This document shows positions 56,563 through 64,000 of a stretch of 64,000 bases of DNA, in pieces (position 1 is the first letter of the stretch; every line of letters starts with the position of its first letter). Location of the stretch: NCBI GenBank assembly GCA_965205265.1, contig CBDBGH010000003.1:2976001-3040000 (forward strand). Direction: 5' to 3'. Made by a program: the position numbers and the translations under genes. A model generated the notes under the pieces. The model was not told the origin of the DNA. It made no database searches and was given only the letters and a program-made list of their open reading frames with translations. The DNA comes from Alphaproteobacteria bacterium (GTDB lineage Bacteria > Pseudomonadota > Alphaproteobacteria > Bin95).

Positions 56563-57273
56563 ATGATCGACTGGACCGACCGCGCCGTCATGCTGTCCGC
56601 CCGCCCCTTCGGGGAAGGCAAGGCCATTGCCCACGCGCTGACCGAGACGCATGGCCGCCATGCCGGGCTGGTGCAGGGCGCGCGCCGCCACGCCGGGGCG
56701 CTCCAGCCCGGCACGCTCGCCACGGTGCGCTGGCGGGCGCGGCTCTCCGACCAGCTCGGCACGTTTTCCTGCGAGATCGAGACGGCCCATGCCGCGCTCT
56801 GGCTGGACGACCCGGCGCGGCTGGCGGCGCTCCAGAGCGCCTGCGCGGTGGCGGAGCTGGGCCTGCCGGAGCGCGAGCCGCACCCCGCCGCGTTCCTCGG
56901 GCTCGCGGCCCTCCTGGAGACGCTCGCGGGCGAGGCCTGGCCGGCGGCCTATGTCGGCTACGAGGTGGCGCTGCTGGCGGAGCTCGGCTTCGGCCTCGAC
57001 CTGGAGCGCTGCGCGGTCACGGGGGGCCGGACCGGGCTTGCCTGGGTCTCGCCCCGGTCCGGCCGGGCGGTCACGGCCGAGGCGGGCGAGCCCTGGAAGG
57101 ACCGGCTGCTGGCCCTGCCGGGCTTCCTCTCCGGCGCGCCCGGCTTCACCCCCGGCGACATAAGCGACGGCCTGGCGCTCACCGGCCATTTCCTCGCCCG
57201 CCATATCGCCGGGCCCGCGGACCGCCCCCTGCCCGCCGCGCGCCTGCGCCTGGCGGATTGTTTCGCGGGCTGA
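56563..57273 (+). CDS. recO: DNA repair protein RecO
   Basis: [42 protein letters not shown]. Confidence 0.95.
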   Translation: MIDWTDRAVMLSARPFGEGKAIAHALTETHGRHAGLVQGARRHAGALQPGTLATVRWRARLSDQLGTFSCEIETAHAALWLDDPARLAALQSACAVAELGLPEREPHPAAFLGLAALLETLAGEAWPAAYVGYEVALLAELGFGLDLERCAVTGGRTGLAWVSPRSGRAVTAEAGEPWKDRLLALPGFLSGAPGFTPGDISDGLALTGHFLARHIAGPADRPLPAARLRLADCFAG

Positions 57274-57322
57274 GGACGCCTATGCTCGAAGCGATCCCGA
57301 TTCGGAGCATTCGCAGCGCGCC

Positions 57323-59560
57323 GTGTCCGACGAGACTGCCGGAACCGTTGAGCCCGTCCCCTTCAGCACGGCGCTGGGCGAGCGGTATCTTGCCTATGCG
57401 CTCTCGACGATTACCGCGCGCTCGCTCCCGGATGTGCGCGACGGGCTGAAGCCGGTCCACCGCCGCCTCGTCCACGCCATGCGCGAACTGGGGCTCGACC
57501 CCGCCGCCGGTTTCAAGAAATGCGCGCGCGTCGTCGGCGACGTCATGGGCAAATACCACCCCCATGGCGACGCCGCGATCTACGACGCGATGGTGCGCCT
57601 CGCGCAGGAATTCGCCGTCCGCTACCCGCTGGTCGAGGGCCACGGCAATTTCGGCAATATCGACGGCGACAACGCCGCCGCCATGCGCTACACCGAGGCG
57701 CGCCTGACGGCCGTGGCCGAAGCGCTGCTGGAGGGCATCGACGAGGACGCCGTCGATTTCCGCGAGACATACGACGGCGAGGGCCGCGAGCCGGAAGTGC
57801 TGCCGGCGGCCTTCCCCAACCTGCTGGCCAACGGCGCGCAGGGCATCGCGGTCGGCATGGCGACCAATATCCCGCCGCACAATGCCGGCGAGCTCGCCGC
57901 CGCCCTGCTCCACCTGATCCGCTGGCCGACCGCGAAGGACGAGAAGATCGCCGAGCATGTGCCGGGGCCGGACTTCCCGACCGGCGGCTGCCTGACCGAG
58001 GACCCCGCCGCCATCGCGGAGGCCTACCGCACCGGGCGCGGCAGCATGCGGGTGCGCGCGCGCTGGGAGGTGGAAAAGCTCGAACGCGGCCACTGGCGCG
58101 CCGTCGTCACCGAGATTCCCTACCAGGTGCAGAAAGCGCGGCTGCTGGAACGGCTCGACGCCGCCATCGAGGCGCGCAAGCTGCCGGCGGTCGAGCAGGT
58201 CATCGACGAATCCGCCGAGGATGTGCGCATCCTGCTGGTGCCGCGCAACCGCAGCATCGACCCGGCCGCGATGATGGAGCAGGCGTTCCGGCTCTCGGAG
58301 CTGGAAATCCGCTTCGGCCTCAACCTGAACGTGCTGGACGCCGAGGGGCGGCCGCGCGTCATGTCGCTGCGCGAATGCCTGCTGGCCTTCATCGAGCACC
58401 GCATGGAGGTGCTGGAGCGGCGCACGCGCTACCGCCTGGAGCGGATCGCCCGGCGCCTGGAAGTGCTGGAAGCCTATCTCGCCGTCTATCTCAATCTCGA
58501 CGAGGTGATCCGCATCGTCCGCGAGGAGGACGATCCGCGCGCCGAACTCTGCGCGTGCCTCGGCGTGAACGAGGCGCAGGCCGACGCCATCCTCGCCATG
58601 CGGCTCCGGGCGTTGCGCCGGCTGGAAGAGGCCGCCATCCGCGAGGAGCATGCGAAGCTGACGGCCGAGCAGGCGGAATGCCGCGCGCTGCTGGCGGACG
58701 AGAAGCTCCGGCGCCGGCGGCTCTCCGACGAGGTCAGGGAGATGCGCAGGCGCTTCGGCTCGGGCGAGGCCGGGGCGCGGCGGACCCTGCTGGCCGAGGC
58801 GCCGGCCGCAAACGGCGCGGCGGCGGCGTTCTCCATGCCGGGCGAGCCGGCGACCGTGCTGGTGTCCGAGATGGGCTGGGTGCGCGTGCTGAAAGGCCAT
58901 ATCGGCGCCGATACCGCGCCCCGCTACAAGGAGGGCGACAGCGAGGCTTGGCGGCTGGCCGTCGAGACCTCGGACAAGCTGCTGCTGTTCGCCGCGTCGG
59001 GCCGGGTCTTCACCGTCGCGGTGGACCGGCTGCCGGACGGCAGGGGCATGGGCCGGCCGCTGCGCATGCATGCGGACATGGCCCAGGAGGACCGCATCGT
59101 GTCGATCCGCGCCGCGCGGCCGGACGGCCGCCTGCTGCTGGCGGCCGAGGACGGGCGCGGCTTCGTCGTGCGCGAGGAGAGCGCGATCGCCCAGACGCGG
59201 ACGGGCAGGCAGGTGATGACCGGCACGCTCAAGGCGGTCGCGGAAATCCGCCCGGACGACGACTCGATCGCCGTTATCGGCCGGAACCGGCGCCTGCTGG
59301 TCTTCCCGCTGGAGCAGGCGCCGGAACTCACGCGCGGGCGCGGCGTGCGCCTGCAGCGCTACGAGCGCGGCGGGCTGGCCGATGTCACGGCGCTCCGCAT
59401 GGAGGAAGGGCTCGTCTGGCGCATCGGCGGGCGCACCAGGCGGGAGGGCGACCTGCGCACATGGCTCGGGCGGCGCGGCGGCGTCGGCCGCCTGCCGCCG
59501 CACGGCTTCCCGCGCAACAACCGCTTCACGCCCCGCGACCCGCCTGAGGAAGAGGCGTAG
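57323..59560 (+). CDS. parC: DNA topoisomerase IV subunit A
   Basis: [38 protein letters not shown]; no GyrA box; follows recO. Confidence 0.92.
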   Translation: MSDETAGTVEPVPFSTALGERYLAYALSTITARSLPDVRDGLKPVHRRLVHAMRELGLDPAAGFKKCARVVGDVMGKYHPHGDAAIYDAMVRLAQEFAVRYPLVEGHGNFGNIDGDNAAAMRYTEARLTAVAEALLEGIDEDAVDFRETYDGEGREPEVLPAAFPNLLANGAQGIAVGMATNIPPHNAGELAAALLHLIRWPTAKDEKIAEHVPGPDFPTGGCLTEDPAAIAEAYRTGRGSMRVRARWEVEKLERGHWRAVVTEIPYQVQKARLLERLDAAIEARKLPAVEQVIDESAEDVRILLVPRNRSIDPAAMMEQAFRLSELEIRFGLNLNVLDAEGRPRVMSLRECLLAFIEHRMEVLERRTRYRLERIARRLEVLEAYLAVYLNLDEVIRIVREEDDPRAELCACLGVNEAQADAILAMRLRALRRLEEAAIREEHAKLTAEQAECRALLADEKLRRRRLSDEVREMRRRFGSGEAGARRTLLAEAPAANGAAAAFSMPGEPATVLVSEMGWVRVLKGHIGADTAPRYKEGDSEAWRLAVETSDKLLLFAASGRVFTVAVDRLPDGRGMGRPLRMHADMAQEDRIVSIRAARPDGRLLLAAEDGRGFVVREESAIAQTRTGRQVMTGTLKAVAEIRPDDDSIAVIGRNRRLLVFPLEQAPELTRGRGVRLQRYERGGLADVTALRMEEGLVWRIGGRTRREGDLRTWLGRRGGVGRLPPHGFPRNNRFTPRDPPEEEA

Positions 59561-59566
59561 CGCCCC

Positions 59567-60979
59567 TCAGAGCTGCGGGCGCTTGTCGGCCCAGGGGCGC
59601 GCGGCCTCGAAGGCGGCGGCGGCCTGGAGCACGCCCGCATCGTCCAGCCGGCGCCCGACCACCTGGAGGCCGACCGGCAGCCCCGCCTCCGTGAACCCGC
59701 AGGGAATCGAGGCCGCCGGGTTGTGGGAAAGGTTGAAGGGGTAGCTGAACTGCGCCCATTGCAGCCAGTTCCACGGGTGGTCCGGCCAGTGGGCGGGCGA
59801 GAGGCGCTCGGCCGGGAAGGCGGCGACCGAGACCGACGGCGTGAGCAGGAAGTCGTACTCCTCGAAGAAGCGGTGGATCGCCTCGATATAGGCGAGCTTC
59901 CGCGCCCGCATGGCGAGATAGTCTTCCGCCCGGTAGCCCAGGCCGTCGCGGATGCAGGCGACGAGGCCGGGGTCCATCCGGTCCTCGAACTCCTCCAGCA
60001 GGCCGGCATAGGACAGCTCGTGGACCGGCCAGAAGAAGTGCTCGATCTCCGGGCCGTCCGGCCCCCAGGCAGGCGAAACCTCCTCGACCTCGGCCCCGAG
60101 CTCCGCGAAGGCCCGGACCGCGTCCGCCACCAGCGCCGCCACCTCGCCGTCCACGCGCGCATGGCCGAGATCGGGGCTCCAGGCGACCCGCGCGCCGCGG
60201 AGCCGCTCGTCCTCGCCCAGCAGCGCGGGATAGTCCGCCGGCGGCGCTTCGAGGCTGTAATGGTCGCGCGGATGCGGCCCCGCCACGACCCTCAGCATCA
60301 GCGCGGCGTCGGCGACCGTGCGGGTCATCGGCCCGACATGGGCCACCTGGTCCGTATTGCCGACCGGGAGATGCGCCACCCGCCCGTAGCTCGGCTTGAT
60401 GCCGAACACGCCGCAGAAATGGCTCGGCATGCGGATCGAGCCTGCGCCGTCGGAGCCCTGGTGGAGCGGGCCGTAACCCGCCGCCGCGCCCGCCCCGGCG
60501 CCGGCCGAGGAGGCGCCCGCATTCATGCCATGCGCCCAGGGATTGTGCGTAATGCCGGTGAGCGGGCTCTGGCTCACGCCCTTCCATCCGAATTCCGAGG
60601 TCGTCGTCTTGCCGAGGGAGATCGCCCCGGCGGCCGCCAGCCGGTCCACACAGGGCGCGCTCTCGGCCGGGACGTTGCCCTTCTCGGCGTGCGAGCCGCG
60701 TTCGGTCGGGACGCCGGCCGTGTTGGTCAGGTCCTTGATGGTGACCGGCACACCGTGCAGGGCCCCGAGCGCACCGCCCGCCATGACCTTCGCCTCGGCC
60801 GCCTTCGCCGCGTCTCGCGCGCGGTCGGCCGTCAGGGTGGCGAAGGCATTGATCCGGGGCTCCAGCCGCTCGATGCGCGCCAGCACGGTCTCGACGATCT
60901 CGACCGGCGAAAGCTCGCGCGCGGCCACCATCGCCGCCAGCCGGGTCGCCGGCGTGAAACACAGGTCTTCTTCGTTCAT
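59567..60979 (-). CDS. Amidase signature family protein
   Basis: GVPVTIKD, GKTTTSEF, GASSAG, GSDGAGSIR. Confidence 0.92.
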   Translation of the reverse strand: MNEEDLCFTPATRLAAMVAARELSPVEIVETVLARIERLEPRINAFATLTADRARDAAKAAEAKVMAGGALGALHGVPVTIKDLTNTAGVPTERGSHAEKGNVPAESAPCVDRLAAAGAISLGKTTTSEFGWKGVSQSPLTGITHNPWAHGMNAGASSAGAGAGAAAGYGPLHQGSDGAGSIRMPSHFCGVFGIKPSYGRVAHLPVGNTDQVAHVGPMTRTVADAALMLRVVAGPHPRDHYSLEAPPADYPALLGEDERLRGARVAWSPDLGHARVDGEVAALVADAVRAFAELGAEVEEVSPAWGPDGPEIEHFFWPVHELSYAGLLEEFEDRMDPGLVACIRDGLGYRAEDYLAMRARKLAYIEAIHRFFEEYDFLLTPSVSVAAFPAERLSPAHWPDHPWNWLQWAQFSYPFNLSHNPAASIPCGFTEAGLPVGLQVVGRRLDDAGVLQAAAAFEAARPWADKRPQL

Positions 60980-61099
60980 CGGCCCTCTCCGGTCCCCGCT
61001 CTCGTTCCGGGGCAGCCTAGAATCTTTGGCGGCAGGGGCAAAGCGGCGACGGGCCGTGGCTGTGCTATCCTTCCGCCCGGCGCATCGGAGACGAGGAAC

Positions 61100-61855
61100 A
61101 TGGCAGAGGTCGCGACATTCGCACCCGGCGGATACCGCTATATCCGGGGGCGGTTCCAGTATTCCGGCGGGGTGGCGGCGGAGCCCGGCTACCGGATCGA
61201 GCGGGTGCGCTTCCGCCGCCTCGTGCCGCTGGAGGCGGGTTTCCGGCGAATCGAGGCCCATATGGAGGCCGCCGGCCGGCCGATGACGGCCTTTTGCGCC
61301 TGCGAGCTGCGCTCGCCCGGACAGTTCTCGGAAGAGGGGTTCGTCGCCTTCAACCGGGCCTACGTACAGACGCTGGAGCGCTGGGGCATCTTCCGCGACG
61401 AGGAGAACCCGGTCGCGCGCTCCAATGTCTGCCCGGAGGCGGACCCGCCCGCCGAACCGGGCTTCCACGCCTTCTGCTACACGGTTCCGGACGATGGCGC
61501 GGGGGCCGGAACCTTCGTCATCGCGGGCTCCGGGGAGGCGCCGGAAGGGCCGGGGCAATACCGGGACCGGATCATCCGCCTCGGCGACACTTCGCCGGAC
61601 GCGATGCGGGAGAAGGCGCGCTATGTGCTGGGCGCCATGGAGAGCCGCATGGCCGCGCTCGGCTTCGGCTGGCCGGACGCGACCGCCGCCCAGGTCTATA
61701 CCGTCCACGACATCCACGGCCTGCTCGGCCCGGAGATCGTCGCGCGCGGCGCCGCCCCGGACGGCATCCAGTGGACCTTCGCCCGCCCCCCGGTCGAGGG
61801 CCTCGCCTTCGAAATGGACGTGCGCGGCCTGCCGGTGGAGCGCGTGATCGCCTGA
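61100..61855 (+). CDS. CnbZ-like (2-amino-5-chloromuconate deaminase family) protein
   Basis: QYSGGV, AFCACELRSP, NPVARSNV, SGE, RPPV..LAFEMD. Confidence 0.7.
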   Translation: MAEVATFAPGGYRYIRGRFQYSGGVAAEPGYRIERVRFRRLVPLEAGFRRIEAHMEAAGRPMTAFCACELRSPGQFSEEGFVAFNRAYVQTLERWGIFRDEENPVARSNVCPEADPPAEPGFHAFCYTVPDDGAGAGTFVIAGSGEAPEGPGQYRDRIIRLGDTSPDAMREKARYVLGAMESRMAALGFGWPDATAAQVYTVHDIHGLLGPEIVARGAAPDGIQWTFARPPVEGLAFEMDVRGLPVERVIA

Positions 61856-61910
61856 CGCGGCGCCAGGCGATTAATTGTGCGAAAGCATATTTTTTGCTAC
61901 ATATTCACAC

Positions 61911-62150
61911 ATGAGGACCACCATAGATGTCAATGATGAGTTGCTGCGGGCCGTCAAGGTCTATGCAGCGGGCGAGCGCATGACGCTGAAGGCCGCGTTC
62001 GAGCGGGCGCTTCGGGAACTTCTTGCCGGGCGCGACGCTACCAATGCCGATGCGCCGCCGATCCCGGTGTTCGGCGGGCAGGGCGCACAGCCGGGCGTGG
62101 ACCTGACGGACAATGCGGCGCTTCGGGACATCATGGATGCAGAGCCCTGA
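61911..62150 (+). CDS. vapB: VapB-type antitoxin (RHH)
   Basis: MRTTIDVNDELL..K..A...TLK....ALR; GVDL tail; overlaps the PIN gene. Confidence 0.8.
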   Translation: MRTTIDVNDELLRAVKVYAAGERMTLKAAFERALRELLAGRDATNADAPPIPVFGGQGAQPGVDLTDNAALRDIMDAEP

Positions 62151-62568
62151 CGTCAATGTGCTCGTGTCCGCCTTCCGGGCGGACTCCGAGCATCACGCAC
62201 TATGCCGCGAGTGGCTGACCGGGGCGGCAGCGAGCCGGGACCGGCTCGGCCTTTCGGAGTTGGTACTGAGCGGCGCTCTTCGCGTTTTGACGCATCCGCG
62301 CATTTTCCATCCGCCGACGCCGGGCGACCGGGCGCTGGATTTTGTCGACAGCCTGCTTGCGCAGCCAGCGGCGGAAAGGCTGCGTCCGGGCGGAGGGCAC
62401 TGGCGGTTGTTCCGGGACCTTGCGGGGAGACTCCGGCTGAGGGGGAACAGGCTGCCGGACGCCTATCACGCGGCGCTTGCGATGGAGCACGGTTGCGAAT
62501 GGGTGACTCTCGACCGGGGCTTCTCGATTTATCCCGGTCTCAGCGTGCGAAACCTTCTCGACGAGTGA
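62137..62568 (+). CDS. vapC: VapC PIN-domain toxin
   Basis: PDVNVL, GNRLPDAYHAALAMEHG, TLDRGF. Confidence 0.88.
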   Translation: MQSPDVNVLVSAFRADSEHHALCREWLTGAAASRDRLGLSELVLSGALRVLTHPRIFHPPTPGDRALDFVDSLLAQPAAERLRPGGGHWRLFRDLAGRLRLRGNRLPDAYHAALAMEHGCEWVTLDRGFSIYPGLSVRNLLDE

Positions 62569-62610
62569 TCGGAACGGCCGGCCTTCCGCTCGGCTGCGCA
62601 GGCCGGACCC

Positions 62611-63744
62611 TCAATAGACGCCGGGGAAAATGCGGTATCTCACCCGCGCCCGGTATTCGGCCCATTTTTCGGGGCCGTATTTCCGGGCACAATGGCGGTC
62701 GTCGGCCCGCTCGCGCCAGAGGAACAGCGAGACGATGAAGACGAAATAAGTCCAGGCCCAGGGGTTGCCCGGATATCCGAAGACGAGCGCGATCGACAGC
62801 GCAAGGAAGCCCTCGCCCAGATAGTTGAAATGGCGCGCGGCGCCCCACAGGCCGCTGCACAGGATCCTGCGCCCGCCCGCCTCGATATATTCGGGCTCGA
62901 CGAGGCCCAGGAACCTGCGCCCGGGCCATCGCTTGAAGGTGTATTTCTGCAGGTTGGCGCCGCGCGAGATGCTCCAGCCGAACAGGAACAGCGCGGCCGT
63001 TCCGATGAGCCAGGCATTCGTCCATGCCGGCGGGAAGCCGGGGTCCGGCAGGGCGGCCATGCCCCAGAGCGGCAGGGCGAACAGCCACCCATAGACGATG
63101 AGCCCGCCCCAGAGCAGCTTGAAGCCGAGCTTCTCGTGGATCGGGTCGTAGGTGTAGAGCTGGACGCGCTCGAAGACGAAGTAGTCGAGCACGTAGAATG
63201 TAAACAGCGCCGCATACAGGAAGACGCCGGGATTGGAGTCCGCGCCGAAGCGTTCGTAGTGGTAGGCGGCGCCGGAAAGCGCGTTGAGCGCGAACATCGT
63301 CCCGCCGACGACATAGAGATACATCTTCACGTCGAAGCGGCCGTTGAAGAGCGCGATCTCCAGCGCCCGCCCGTGCCAGATGTCCGCAGCGAGGCTTCCC
63401 GTCTTCTCCCGGCCGCGCAGGGCGAGCACGGTGAAGACCGCGGAGAACACCGTCCCGCCGATCACCGCCGGGACCGCAGACCTGTAGAACCAGTCGAGCG
63501 GCAGGCCGGTGATCCCGGACGCCCACACCGCCACCGCGAGCGCAAACACCAAGATGCCGTTCAGGCGGTAGGGGCGGGGTGCGCCCGTTTCCGGGTCGAT
63601 GACGTAGCCCGGCACCCGCCTCGCCGGAAGGATGAGCTGCGCCGCGAGAAACACGGCGAAGACCGCGAGCGGGGTGAGGAAGCCGGCAATCGCCTCCGTC
63701 CGCGAAAGCGCGAAGAGATGGCCGATGCCGAGCACCTCGATCAT
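62611..63744 (-). CDS. ERG4/ERG24-family sterol reductase-like membrane protein
   Basis: YRLNG, HEKLGF.L, ANLQK, SGLWGAARHFNYLGE, RERADDRHC.RKYG..W.EY..RVRYRIFPGVY. Confidence 0.85.
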   Translation of the reverse strand: MIEVLGIGHLFALSRTEAIAGFLTPLAVFAVFLAAQLILPARRVPGYVIDPETGAPRPYRLNGILVFALAVAVWASGITGLPLDWFYRSAVPAVIGGTVFSAVFTVLALRGREKTGSLAADIWHGRALEIALFNGRFDVKMYLYVVGGTMFALNALSGAAYHYERFGADSNPGVFLYAALFTFYVLDYFVFERVQLYTYDPIHEKLGFKLLWGGLIVYGWLFALPLWGMAALPDPGFPPAWTNAWLIGTAALFLFGWSISRGANLQKYTFKRWPGRRFLGLVEPEYIEAGGRRILCSGLWGAARHFNYLGEGFLALSIALVFGYPGNPWAWTYFVFIVSLFLWRERADDRHCARKYGPEKWAEYRARVRYRIFPGVY

Positions 63745-64000
63745 GACCGGATACCCCTGCCTCCGGCGGCGCCCCGAGAGCGGTCGAATGCGCCCGGCGC
63801 AACAGTTCGGTCATGCTCCCCGCAGCGGCCGCTCCGCGACGCCGAGGGGACACGACAAAAGGCCGGGCAAATCGGCCCGGGGCCCTTCCTGTCGGCGCGG
63901 AGCGTCCTCCGGGAGCGCGCCGCCGGCGACGGCTACGAAGTGACGGTGAGGTCCTCGGCCGAGGACTTGCCGTTGCGTCCGGGCTGGAGCTGATAGCTGA

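Overview
High-GC alphaproteobacterial chromosome segment (inferred from ccrM, DUF1674 and the rpoZ-spoT-pdxJ-acpS-lepB-rnc-era//recO-parC order). 1-12.7 kb: an uncharacterised cluster of glycosyltransferases, a phosphatase, a deacetylase, a degenerate ABC exporter, a cNMP-binding protein and a methyltransferase. 13.2-30.5 kb: an accessory island whose core is a low-GC three-gene operon (Z1-domain SF2 helicase-like protein, 152-aa unknown protein, N4-cytosine-type DNA methyltransferase). This operon is the best candidate for an undescribed defence system, and every gene in it is broken: a frameshift, an IS1634 with a 201-bp target duplication, and an IS66 that itself carries an IS21. A second IS66::IS21 nest splits a DUF433 antitoxin gene. 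30.5-48.4 kb is mostly housekeeping, with a Fic gene and REP-like palindromes, one carrying a REP-targeting MITE. An ~8-kb island between era and recO holds an MmeI-like R-M enzyme, DUF4238, a second IS1634 (11-bp duplication), a direct-repeat-flanked gene cassette and a promoter followed by helically phased CATGACA repeats. The window ends with parC, an amidase, a CnbZ-like gene, vapBC and an ERG4/ERG24-type sterol reductase. No rRNA, tRNA or CRISPR array was seen. All family calls come from motif recognition, not database searches.
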